Shown: in pieces, positions 1 through 8,284 of the stretch | Numbering within the stretch: the stretch's first letter is position 1 | Layout of the letters: each line of letters opens with the position of its first letter | NCBI GenBank assembly: GCA_038889075.1 | Contig: JAWAHS010000006.1 | Location: 68,540-80,224, forward strand | Source of the DNA: Ignisphaera sp. | Lineage (GTDB): Archaea; Thermoproteota; Thermoprotei_A; Sulfolobales; Ignisphaeraceae | Reading direction: 5' to 3' | Length of the DNA stretch: 11,685 bases | The notes under the pieces: generated by a model | Told to the model about the DNA's origin: nothing | The model's input: the letters and a program-made list of their open reading frames with translations, nothing else | Database searches by the model: none | Program-made: the position numbers and the translations under genes

Positions 1-10
1 TACGCCAGCC

Positions 11-223
11 TCAAGGACCTTCAAATCCACAGTTTGGACACTTATATATAACTGATGATGATCTACATCTATAGCATCTCCAAATCACCACAGCACCACA
101 GCTTGGACATTTAAAGCTTACAGCTTTTTCTGTTGGTGGTACAAGTCTCTTACAGCTGGAGCATATTCTTAGCTGAGCAGCTTCGTGGACTGGTATCTGT
201 AGCTGAATGGACAGTTCAACCAC
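11..223 (-). CDS. Small double zinc-ribbon protein (DUF1610 / HVO_2753-like; predicted RNA-binding, translation-associated)
   Basis: 70 aa with four CxxC pairs (CSSC, CPSC, CYRC, CPNC) and the family-typical FxCPxCG...IWRC..CR.....YKCPxCGFEGP C-terminus. GTG start. A TTTTAAGT TATA-like box lies on the minus strand at ~252-259. Confidence 0.9.
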   Translation of the reverse strand: MVELSIQLQIPVHEAAQLRICSSCKRLVPPTEKAVSFKCPSCGAVVIWRCYRCRSSSVIYKCPNCGFEGP

Positions 224-251
224 CTTCTACCTTAAGTAGAATCTTGTTTAG

Positions 252-276
252 ACTTAAAAGCGTATTAACTTATAAA
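252..276. promoter_or_regulatory. Divergent archaeal promoter pair (Zn-ribbon gene / pth2)
   Basis: TTATAAA at 270-276 lies ~26 nt upstream of the pth2 ATG, a leaderless spacing. ACTTAAAA at 252-259 reads TTTTAAGT on the minus strand, ~30 nt upstream of the GTG at 223. Confidence 0.55.
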
Positions 277-301
277 TGTAGGTGCACGGCTATACATCCC
301 T

Positions 302-682
302 ATGGTGGAGGCATTGTTCTCTGATGATGTAAAGCAGGTTATAGTTGTACGGACGGATATCAAGATGGGTAAGGGTAAGCTAGCAGTACAGGTAGCACAT
401 GCTGCTGTAGAGGCTGTGTTTAAATGTATGGAAAGCGATAGGTGTAGGGAATGGCTTGAGGTGTGGCGTAGAAGTGGTCAGAAGAAGATAGTCGTTAAGG
501 TAGATTCGCTATCGAAACTTATAGAATTGAAGAAGAGGGCTGAGGAGCACTCAATACCATATGCACTAATCATGGATGCGGGACTAACACAACTCCCCCC
601 AGGAACCGTGACAAGTCTGGGACTAGGACCTGCACCAGCTACACTATTAGACAGTATAACAGGGTTGCTACCCCTTTTATAG
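302..682 (+). CDS. pth2: Peptidyl-tRNA hydrolase, archaeal/eukaryotic type (Pth2)
   Basis: Signature motifs KQVIVVRTDIKMGKGKLAVQVAHAA, GQKKIVVKV, DAGLTQLPPGTVTSLGLGPAP and ITGLLPLL. Confidence 0.97.
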   Translation: MVEALFSDDVKQVIVVRTDIKMGKGKLAVQVAHAAVEAVFKCMESDRCREWLEVWRRSGQKKIVVKVDSLSKLIELKKRAEEHSIPYALIMDAGLTQLPPGTVTSLGLGPAPATLLDSITGLLPLL

Positions 683-744
683 CCTCTTCTATATATGATA
701 GTATCTCTTAGCCCTAGGGTACTACTGATATGAAATACATCTTT

Positions 745-760
745 AAGGTTTATAAACCTT
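745..760. promoter_or_regulatory. Perfect 16-bp palindrome AAGGTTTATAAACCTT containing a TTTATAAA TATA box; probable aspS promoter
   Basis: The sequence is its own reverse complement. The TATA core at 749-756 predicts a plus-strand start near 780, and there is no comparably good TATA box closer to the aspS ATG. Confidence 0.6.
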
Positions 761-780
761 CACCAAATTCTACAGCTATC

Positions 781-879
781 TATAGGATCCGCTAATCATC
801 AGCGTCCAGCTAATGTAAGAGGGAGAATAGGTCTACATAATATTCGCATCCTGTACATTCAATATGGGTGTGACGCTAT
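781..879 (+). promoter_or_regulatory. Candidate structured 5' leader of aspS with alternative SD-sequestering pairing
   Basis: Pairings read by eye: 781-788/848-855; 790-793/801-804, extendable by 785-787/805-807; 813-820/832-838; and 844-851/866-873, which covers the SD GGGTGTGA. Confidence 0.35.
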
Positions 880-2187
880 ATGGAGACAAAGTTTAAGAGT
901 ATTAGGTGCAGGGATGTAACACCCCTACTAAGTGGTAAAACGATAGTAATATCTGGATGGGTTCACCAGATAAGGGATCTAGGGGGCAAGAAGTTTATAG
1001 TACTTAGGGATGGAAGTGGCGTTGTTCAGGTGACCATTTCAAAGAGTGAAGCTTCTAGAGATGTGCTAGATGCTGTTGAAGATATCACACCTGAATCGGT
1101 AGTGCAGATTAGAGGTGTTGTTAAGGATGATCCTAGAGCACCTAGAGGTGCTGAGATAGTACCAATAGAGTTTAAGATACTCAACTTAGCCAAAAAGCCT
1201 CTACCCCTTGATGTGAGTGGAAAGGTTGGTGCTGATATAGATACCAGGCTAAGGGAGAGGATTTTAGATCTTAGAAGAGCTGAAATGATGAGTATAGTAA
1301 GGATAGGCGATAAAGCGTTGAAGGTTATTAGAGAGGTTCTCAGATCTGAGGGCTTTGTAGAGATCTTTACACCAAAGATTATAGCTACCGCTACTGAGGG
1401 TGGGGCAAATCTATTTCCAGTTATATACTTTGGTAGGGAAGCTTTCCTGGCACAAAGTCCACAGCTATATAAGGAGTTGCTTGCAGCATCATTTGAGAGA
1501 GTATTTGAGATAGCCCCTGCTTGGAGAGCTGAGGAGAGCGATACACCATACCATCTAGCAGAGTTTGTAAGCGTAGATATAGAGGCGGCGTTTATGGACT
1601 ATGAGGATGTTATGAAGATTCTTGAAAAGGTCGTCTATGAGGTTGTTAAAACCATTAGAGAGGAGAATTCCGATGATCTTACAACACTAAATTACGATTT
1701 GCCGGAGGTATCGCTTCCTCTACCTAGGATAAGATATGTAGATGCTATTAGGATACTACGTGAGAGGGGTATGGATGTAAAATTTGGTGATGATATTGGT
1801 ACACCTGAACAGAGAGTTTTAGCCTCAGTTCTAGATGCACAGCTATACTTTATAACAGAGTTTCCAACAAGGATAAGAGCATTCTATACAAAACCAAAAG
1901 ATGATGATAGTGAAGTGAGTGAGAGCTTTGATCTTGTATGGAAGTTTCTCGAACTTGCATCAGGTAGCTCAAGGATATATAAAAAGGAGCAGCTGGTTGA
2001 AGCCTTGAAGAGTAGAGGGATGAATGTAGAGAGCTTCCAGTTCTTTATAAAGTGGTTTGACTATGGAATGCCTCCACATGCTGGCTGGGGACTAGGCTTT
2101 GCAAGGCTGTTAATGATGCTAACAAATAGGGGTAGTGTAAAGGAAGTAACGCTATTTCCGAGAGATAAAAAGAGGTTAACGCCATAG
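880..2187 (+). CDS. aspS: Aspartyl-tRNA synthetase, archaeal type, probably non-discriminating (Asp-tRNA(Asp/Asn) ligase)
   Basis: N-terminal OB-fold ([19 protein letters not shown]), [10 protein letters not shown], motif 2 ([15 protein letters not shown]) and motif 3 ([16 protein letters not shown]). SD GGGTGTGA at 866-873. Confidence 0.97.
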   Translation: METKFKSIRCRDVTPLLSGKTIVISGWVHQIRDLGGKKFIVLRDGSGVVQVTISKSEASRDVLDAVEDITPESVVQIRGVVKDDPRAPRGAEIVPIEFKILNLAKKPLPLDVSGKVGADIDTRLRERILDLRRAEMMSIVRIGDKALKVIREVLRSEGFVEIFTPKIIATATEGGANLFPVIYFGREAFLAQSPQLYKELLAASFERVFEIAPAWRAEESDTPYHLAEFVSVDIEAAFMDYEDVMKILEKVVYEVVKTIREENSDDLTTLNYDLPEVSLPLPRIRYVDAIRILRERGMDVKFGDDIGTPEQRVLASVLDAQLYFITEFPTRIRAFYTKPKDDDSEVSESFDLVWKFLELASGSSRIYKKEQLVEALKSRGMNVESFQFFIKWFDYGMPPHAGWGLGFARLLMMLTNRGSVKEVTLFPRDKKRLTP

Positions 2188-2196
2188 AGGCAAATG

Positions 2197-3456
2197 CTAT
2201 GTGTATAGTATAGGATCGGTGTTCAGAATTTCTCTAAGGACTATGGTTGCATAGCTGCCACTTTCAAGTGTAAATGTTATTTTGATTGAGCTGTCCGATA
2301 CGCTATAACTGAGATCTTCAATAACTAGGTAGCTCCTTCTATAATCACCATGTATGCAAAGGTTTAGCTCTTCTATACAGAAGTCGCTGAGTTTGATATC
2401 TTCGGTATCCAGAATCTCATCTAGTATCCTCTTTACGATATCTCTACTAACTGTAGTTGACGATCCTGGGATGGGTAGGTACGGTAGATCTCTCTTAATA
2501 ATCTCTATACCATTATCTAAGCCGTACTTCTCGATGATCTCTATCCAGATCCTTGATAGAATTGTATTGAATAGGTAGGACTGGTAGGCATTTACATATA
2601 GCTGTAGCATTTTCTTTGGGATAGCCTTAAGAGTTCGTAGATCATCAATATTTTTAGAGCATATACGGCTCTCTATAGAGCTGGATGGATATGCTGCACT
2701 GCTTCTATTTTCATACCAGTGAAGTCTATCTATAATAGCTTCTCTAGATTCCATTGGAAAGGGGTATCCGCATACAGCTTCTATGAATCCTTCCCAATCT
2801 CTGCAGATCAGCTTCTTGCCAACAATGTGTGTGGTAGGTCTTCTGGATCCAAATCTCTGGTAACCAAAGAAGTTAAGTATTGTATAGCCATACTTCTTCA
2901 TAGTCTCAATCTTTTCCTTAACTAGGTTCATAGAGTTCTGCGATAGTAGGTTAAGCCTTATCTTAAAGCTGTTCTCAATGTCTATAACACTAATTCTGTT
3001 GCATAGCCATAGATATGCATCTACAGTTCTGCTTCCTTTCCTAAAATGGAGGTTGCTATCTACGGTTCTACAGTTTCTAACTAGAACTAGCTGGTATGCT
3101 ACCGAATTAGCATCCTTCAATCCAAGTACAGCACAATGTCTACAGCCAAGCACCTTCTTAATGGTATTGCAGAGCTCTATGCTACTCAAACCTATCTTCT
3201 TTACAATGTAGGTAGCATCCCTATAGCACCCATCTTCAGTATTGCTACCGCCTACAGTCTCTAAATATCCATACAGTTCCTCCGTATTCAAGCCGTTAAC
3301 GATCTCCGATACGATGAAGTCTGATGGTCTGTTGAGTACGAAGTCTAAGCTATCCCTATTGGCAGGGTAGGTATAGACATACATGCCTATGGCGATGTCT
3401 AGAAGTGAGTGTGATAGAAAGTCGAGGGATCTGCTAAGCCTACCTATCCCCTCCAC
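2197..3456 (-). CDS. truD: tRNA pseudouridine(13) synthase TruD/Pus7 family
   Basis: Motifs PSDFIVSE, GLKDANSVAYQ (catalytic Asp of GxKD), NFFGYQRFG, AYQSYLFN, GDYRR and FTLESGSYATIVLREI. GTG start with a minus-strand CTTAAAAG TATA-like box at 3483-3490. Confidence 0.93.
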   Translation of the reverse strand: MEGIGRLSRSLDFLSHSLLDIAIGMYVYTYPANRDSLDFVLNRPSDFIVSEIVNGLNTEELYGYLETVGGSNTEDGCYRDATYIVKKIGLSSIELCNTIKKVLGCRHCAVLGLKDANSVAYQLVLVRNCRTVDSNLHFRKGSRTVDAYLWLCNRISVIDIENSFKIRLNLLSQNSMNLVKEKIETMKKYGYTILNFFGYQRFGSRRPTTHIVGKKLICRDWEGFIEAVCGYPFPMESREAIIDRLHWYENRSSAAYPSSSIESRICSKNIDDLRTLKAIPKKMLQLYVNAYQSYLFNTILSRIWIEIIEKYGLDNGIEIIKRDLPYLPIPGSSTTVSRDIVKRILDEILDTEDIKLSDFCIEELNLCIHGDYRRSYLVIEDLSYSVSDSSIKITFTLESGSYATIVLREILNTDPILYT

Positions 3457-3562
3457 AGTCGGTCTACACCGCAGGTTGTATACTTTTAAGCTAGTTTAAT
3501 ACTAAAGCGCAGTTATAAGCTAGGTGTAGTAATATACAAGGAGAGAGTATAGGGTAAATTTA

Positions 3563-5113
3563 ATGAAGCTAGCATTCGAAGATGTGTATATACCAGGTAC
3601 GTCAGTAATCATAGAGCGCACGCTTTCAAAGCTTATTGAGAAAGGGGTTGTTAGAGGTCGTATTCTAATCCCTAGGGAATTCATATACTTCTTCGAATCT
3701 ATGGCACGCAATGGCAGTGCTGTAGGTCTGCTTGGACTAGAGGAGCTTTCAGCTATTAGAGGTGCTATTAGTGAGGAGATGGGGATATCTATAGAGGTTA
3801 TCGATAGCGGTTACAGACTGCCTCTACAGCTCGATCAAAAATTTCTGGACAGTCTTGTAGTTGATATTGCAAAGAGGACTGGTGCAAAGGTTTTAACACA
3901 TGATAAGATTCAGTACATCACCTGCAAAACTCTTAATGTAGATGCAATGCTTATCGAGTATAGCGATAGAGGTCTTCTATGGTTTGAAAAGTACTTTGAT
4001 TCTGAAACACTCAGTCTCCATATAAAGGAAGGAGCACCCATTATGGCTAAGAAAGGTAAACCTGGTGAGTGGAGGCTTGCTATTATAGATGAGAATCCTG
4101 TGAAGCGTAATGATGTAGAGCTACTGATTGAGGAGATTGTTAGAAGAGCGAGATCTGGTGATGGGTTTATAGAGACTGAGAAGCAGGGTTTAATGCTTAT
4201 ACAACTAGGCGATTATAGAATTGTAGTTGTTTCACCACCCATAAACACGGTCTACGAACTGACGATAACAAGACCTATAGTTAGGCTGAGGCTGGAGGAC
4301 TACAACCTACCTGAAAAACTTATTAGGAGATTGGATGAGAAGGCTGAGGGTATACTGATTGCTGGAGCACCGGGTATGGGTAAGACAACATTTGCCCAAG
4401 CTCTTGCAGAGTACTACAGTAGGAAGGGGAAGATAGTTAAGACTATCGAGTCTCCGAGAGATATGAGGCTTCCAAATGTTGTATCACAGTATTCAAAGTA
4501 CTATGCAACATCTAGAGATCTACATGATATTCTATTGCTTAGTAGACCTGACTATACGGTATTCGATGAAATGAGGGATGACGAGGACTTTATGATATAT
4601 GTTGATCTGAGGCTTGCCGGTATAGGTATGATTGGTGTTGTGCATGCAACATCGTCTATAGATGCTGTTCAACGGTTTATTAGAAGGGTTGACATAGGTA
4701 TGATACCGAGCATCATAGATACTGTTGTATTCATTGATAAAGGGAGGGTTGCGAAGGTCTATGAGCTTCTCCTAACAGTAAAACTACCAACTGGTTTAAG
4801 GGAAGCGGATTTGGCTAGACCTGTAGTTGAGGTTAGGGATTTTCTAACCGGTGAGCTTGAGTATGAAATCTATGTATTTGGTGAGCAGACCGTTGTTGTC
4901 CCTGTTAAGAGGATTCGGAGGGAGCTAGTTACAGATAGGGTTACATCTATTGTTAAAAAGGTTCTTCCAGAGGCTAGTGTAAGCATTGACAATGGAACCA
5001 TAGTTATAGATATGCCGAAGAGGATCTACAGTCAGAATACAATGAAGCTTATACGTAAGCTAAAGAAGAAGCTGGATAGAATGGGGTACGATGTTGAGAT
5101 TAGACTAGTTTAG
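3563..5113 (+). CDS. PINA: PIN-domain + P-loop ATPase + C-terminal KH-like domain (PINc/VapC-family ATPase, Holliday-junction branch migration)
   Basis: N-terminal PIN-like fold (YIPGTSVII ... LTHDKIQ), FDSETLSLHIKEG, Walker A GAPGMGKTT, KTIESPRD, LLSRPDYTVFDEMRD, GVVHATSSIDAVQRFI and LREADLARPVVEVRDF. The gene is adjacent to hjc. Confidence 0.92.
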   Translation: MKLAFEDVYIPGTSVIIERTLSKLIEKGVVRGRILIPREFIYFFESMARNGSAVGLLGLEELSAIRGAISEEMGISIEVIDSGYRLPLQLDQKFLDSLVVDIAKRTGAKVLTHDKIQYITCKTLNVDAMLIEYSDRGLLWFEKYFDSETLSLHIKEGAPIMAKKGKPGEWRLAIIDENPVKRNDVELLIEEIVRRARSGDGFIETEKQGLMLIQLGDYRIVVVSPPINTVYELTITRPIVRLRLEDYNLPEKLIRRLDEKAEGILIAGAPGMGKTTFAQALAEYYSRKGKIVKTIESPRDMRLPNVVSQYSKYYATSRDLHDILLLSRPDYTVFDEMRDDEDFMIYVDLRLAGIGMIGVVHATSSIDAVQRFIRRVDIGMIPSIIDTVVFIDKGRVAKVYELLLTVKLPTGLREADLARPVVEVRDFLTGELEYEIYVFGEQTVVVPVKRIRRELVTDRVTSIVKKVLPEASVSIDNGTIVIDMPKRIYSQNTMKLIRKLKKKLDRMGYDVEIRLV

Positions 5114-5126
5114 GTTGGAGAAGACG

Positions 5127-5597
5127 CTATCTTCTATCCATATACTCTTCAATGCTCCTCGAAATTTTCCTTGATAGATAGGTAAAGAGATCCTCAGATC
5201 GGTCTATGGCATCCCTAGATATCTTCACCCTACTTGAGGTATCCGAAGCGATATTCAACTCGTTGATTGGTATCGCCTTCCAGATCCTTAAACTAGCTAT
5301 TCTAATTGCTACTATTGCTTCACCAGAGGCTCTCCTAGCAAATTCTATGATCTTATTCAGCTGAGTTCTATCGATATAAATAGAGCTGGGTTTACTTCTC
5401 ACCTTAACCTCAAACACAAACACCTTTCCATCCTTTATAGCAATAACATCTGGATACACGCTTCTCCTAACCTTAGCACCACTAGCAGGTCCTCTCATTA
5501 CAGCAAAACCCATCTTCCACAGCTTTGTTACAAGCTCCCTCTCTGCTCGAAATCCTCTCGCCCTAGCTCTAGGTATATCGGCATCAGCTTGCTGCAT
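5127..5597 (-). CDS. hjc: Archaeal Holliday junction resolvase Hjc (start revised to ATG 5597, 156 aa)
   Basis: RGFRAERELV, GFAVMRGPASG, PDVIAIK and FEVK (PD-(D/E)xK catalytic residues). The 21 extra N-terminal residues in the ORF track are read through an AT-rich promoter. ATG 5597 has a GGTG SD at ~5608-5611 and a TTTTATATATAA box at 5621-5632. Confidence 0.93.
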   Translation of the reverse strand: MQQADADIPRARARGFRAERELVTKLWKMGFAVMRGPASGAKVRRSVYPDVIAIKDGKVFVFEVKVRSKPSSIYIDRTQLNKIIEFARRASGEAIVAIRIASLRIWKAIPINELNIASDTSSRVKISRDAIDRSEDLFTYLSRKISRSIEEYMDRR

Positions 5598-5888
5598 AGA
5601 GATGATGCACCAGCACAATCTTATATATAAAATATAGGTACTTCCCTTAAATAACTGCAATCAAAATACTGCAGCCTAAATACTCTAAAAAAGAGACTGG
5701 AGTACTGTGTTGCCGAAGCTGATGGATACATAGATGTTTGAAATTGTAGACTAAAGGTAGAGGAATCTACATGATAATAGTATAGGGTAATTGAGGTGCT
5801 AGCACAATGGTTAGCAATCTGCTATAAACCTGGGTAGTAAGATATTTATCTAGTCTAGGAGTTTAGATTAGGAAATAGGTGTGCATTT

Positions 5889-6878
5889 GTGGAGCTGAAG
5901 CTCTGTGAGGAATACAAACAGTCTACCTATACTATAAATAGTCTTGCAGAGGATCAGACGCTTACCGGGATGGGGGAAGGAGTCATATCGAGAATATCGC
6001 TACCGCCAATACCTGTGGTGCAAAGCTATCTAATAGTGATTTTAAGTAGAGATCCTACGTATACAAGTTTCACAAAATGGAAAATCTCACTAAATAATAT
6101 TATACTTACGAGGGAGTTTAAGCCGCACATAGATATGCAGATAGGTGAAAAGCTAGCGCAATCCCTATTTATATACGATGTGACTAAGACTATATCCCGA
6201 GATGTAAATCTTAAGATAGGGTATGAAGGGAAGAAGCCGATAAAATTAGATGCTGCAGTACTAATTTCAATTCATAGATATGAGGAATTCTACCTAGGCT
6301 TCAACTTCATAATGAAAATCCTTAATCTAAATTCATCAATAGAGCTACCGAAGGCTGAGCTATCCTTTAAACCTACAGAGAGGCGCCTAAATATGGGTAT
6401 AGTTGCTGAGAAGGCCTGTACCTTGGAGCTGGAGGTTATAGGCAATCTGGGTAGGAGTACAAAGCATGGATTGACGCAAGGGTTTAACATGGTTGAAGTA
6501 CCAATAGAAGGTGCACTGAATATAGATTCAATTAATACTAGATGCAACAGTAGCTCGGCTAGACATATATTCACGTGCCTCTTCTCACTGTATTCAAATT
6601 ATCCAACAATAGATGTGAAGAGTGTAGAGATGTTGGAGGATGGTGTATCTCTAACACTATACAATACAGGTACTACCAGTGCTGATGATATTGAGCTGGT
6701 GTTTCTCAGACACGGTGTACAGGTGTATAGATTTAGGATAGGGGGTGTAAAGCCAGGTGAAGAGAAGGTGGTGCTGCTACCGAAGAATATAGCTAGGATG
6801 AACAACGTTACTGCGAGGGTAATATGGTACAAGGCGCTGAGGATGTTTAGCAAGGATTTGAATATAAATATAGGATAG
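5889..6878 (+). CDS. Hypothetical protein, beta-rich, with a C-terminal CARDB-like Ig-fold segment and no evident signal peptide
   Basis: 329-aa ORF with host-like codon usage, GTG start and a GGTG SD at 5878-5881. The C-terminal LTLYNTGTTSADDIELVF...GVKPGEEKVV matches the N.G...A/PGE pattern of CARDB-type Ig domains. Confidence 0.75.
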   Translation: MELKLCEEYKQSTYTINSLAEDQTLTGMGEGVISRISLPPIPVVQSYLIVILSRDPTYTSFTKWKISLNNIILTREFKPHIDMQIGEKLAQSLFIYDVTKTISRDVNLKIGYEGKKPIKLDAAVLISIHRYEEFYLGFNFIMKILNLNSSIELPKAELSFKPTERRLNMGIVAEKACTLELEVIGNLGRSTKHGLTQGFNMVEVPIEGALNIDSINTRCNSSSARHIFTCLFSLYSNYPTIDVKSVEMLEDGVSLTLYNTGTTSADDIELVFLRHGVQVYRFRIGGVKPGEEKVVLLPKNIARMNNVTARVIWYKALRMFSKDLNINIG

Positions 6879-6890
6879 AATATGGTATCC

Positions 6891-7208
6891 CTATGCTCCT
6901 TGGGTACTAGCCTGGGATACATTTCTAGCAGGCTTCGTCTTCCGGGCCTTGATAACCTCATCTACTTGTGTAAGGAATTTTCTAAGGTTTTCAACATTTT
7001 CCTCATGTACACTTTTCCTCCTGGTATCTACTGGAATGTTCAGCTGCTTTGCAAGTGTGACATCTATTCCAACAGCCTTTATCTCACCTATACTAAATCC
7101 TCTACCTATGCGTACACCGGTATCCACACCCTTAAACTTTAGTATTCTAGGTCTCTTAACTATAGGCTTTGGAACCTCTATCTCAATGCAGCACTCTTCA
7201 CTTGTCAT
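6891..7208 (-). CDS. rpl13e: 50S ribosomal protein L13e (start probably ATG 7208 rather than 7226)
   Basis: PKPIVKRP, RIGRGFSIGEIKAVG and IPVDTRRKSVHEENVENL motifs. A GGGAG SD precedes ATG 7208. The TATA box at 7240-7251 places the transcript start downstream of ATG 7226. Confidence 0.93.
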   Translation of the reverse strand: MTSEECCIEIEVPKPIVKRPRILKFKGVDTGVRIGRGFSIGEIKAVGIDVTLAKQLNIPVDTRRKSVHEENVENLRKFLTQVDEVIKARKTKPARNVSQASTQGA

Positions 7209-7239
7209 TGAAGACTCCCAGAGCATACTGATGGGGGAG

Positions 7240-7251
7240 AGCTTATAAGCT
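7240..7251 (-). promoter_or_regulatory. TATA box of rpl13e, inside a 12-bp palindrome AGCTTATAAGCT
   Basis: The TTATAA core lies ~35 nt upstream of ATG 7208 and the palindrome overlaps the stop codon of the thiolase gene. Confidence 0.5.
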
Positions 7252-8257
7252 ATATAGTCGGATTCCTATAAACACTTTGTTGGGAAGGTGGTGCATCTAG
7301 AACTCCACTTCTCATTCTATTTATCAGTTCACAGAATTTGCATAGCTCTCTATTAGGTGATGTAGGCTCTCCACAGAGTCTGCAGTACGGCAATTCTATC
7401 GATTTAAAGACCCTATTCTCTATAGCATCCTCAAGTAGTGTGTCGATAAATTTTAGAAATTCCAGCTGTATTCCAGGTCTCCAGACTTCTAATGATATGA
7501 GCATCTCTCTAATCCTAACCCTCAACGTTGGTCTTTGCGAGATGTAGGGGCACTCCGTCTCCTGGAATCTGTACCCCATTATATATGCTAGCATCGTCGT
7601 CTCGTATTCGTATATACTTCTTAGAGGCTTTACTCTCTTAACTAGCTTGCTGCTATGTACATTGCTTAGTGGGTGGAGCTGTACTAATCTCATGAAGTCG
7701 CCCCTCAGTATATTTATTACATAGGTCTGGACCTCATCATCTAGATTGTGTCCTGTGGCAACTCTGTTCAGTCCTAACATTCTCGCATAGCTATTTAGAA
7801 CCCTTCTCCTCGCAATTCCACAGTATGTGCAGGCGCTAGCAATATAGTCGCTCTCTATTGATAGTTGGTACTTCATATAGTCGTCTACACTATAGTTCAG
7901 CTCCTTCTTTAGGCTGGTTCTGATGCACTCTACCCCCTTATCCCTGCATATACTCTCGATATACTCAAACACCTCATCTCTATTATAGTCATGGATACCC
8001 TCTTCAATCATAAGGCCAACGATCTTTGAAGGACTACAAACTTCGCTGATTATGTTTAGCAGTACAAAGCTGTCCTTCCCACCAGATAGCCCTATCAGAA
8101 CACCATCTCCAGGTAGAACCATTGAATATCTATTCACCTGATCCAAGACCCTAGCCCTTATATCCTCATGGAAGCAATCCCTACACAGCCTTAATCCACT
8201 GTGACGCTGGTAGACAGTAGCTCTCTTAGCACCACATATATCACACCTTACCTCCAT
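7250..8257 (-). CDS. tRNA 2-thiolation protein, TtuA/Ncs6(Ctu1)-like (TIGR00269 family)
   Basis: N-terminal Zn site (CDIC...CRDC), PP-loop SGGKDS, CTYCGIARR, ATGHNLDDE, KPLR, ECPY and C-terminal CRLCGEP...CKFC. Confidence 0.93.
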   Translation of the reverse strand: MEVRCDICGAKRATVYQRHSGLRLCRDCFHEDIRARVLDQVNRYSMVLPGDGVLIGLSGGKDSFVLLNIISEVCSPSKIVGLMIEEGIHDYNRDEVFEYIESICRDKGVECIRTSLKKELNYSVDDYMKYQLSIESDYIASACTYCGIARRRVLNSYARMLGLNRVATGHNLDDEVQTYVINILRGDFMRLVQLHPLSNVHSSKLVKRVKPLRSIYEYETTMLAYIMGYRFQETECPYISQRPTLRVRIREMLISLEVWRPGIQLEFLKFIDTLLEDAIENRVFKSIELPYCRLCGEPTSPNRELCKFCELINRMRSGVLDAPPSQQSVYRNPTI

Positions 8258-8284
8258 AAACCACCATCTACACTAATCTAGGAT

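Noticed and set aside
694-730. ATGATA...CTGA flanking a weak hairpin, as a possible C/D box sRNA
   Set aside because: The C box is degenerate, the span is only ~35 nt, and no C'/D' boxes are recognisable.
790-810. CTGATGA on the minus strand (C/D box, hammerhead core or fluoride riboswitch-like)
   Set aside because: There is no correctly spaced partner C or D box, no stem II followed by GAAA, and no fluoride-riboswitch 5' pseudoknot strand.
3563-5113. ATPase as the assembly motor for the pilin-like genes
   Set aside because: The P-loop domain resembles secretion ATPases, but the PIN + ATPase + KH architecture and hjc linkage identify it as PINA. The PIN domain is also not a VapC toxin.
5598-5660. 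N-terminal extensions given by the ORF track for hjc (5660), rpl13e (7226) and the first pilin (10615)
   Set aside because: The extensions run through or too close to TATA-box regions. Downstream ATGs fit SD/TATA spacing and family N-termini better.
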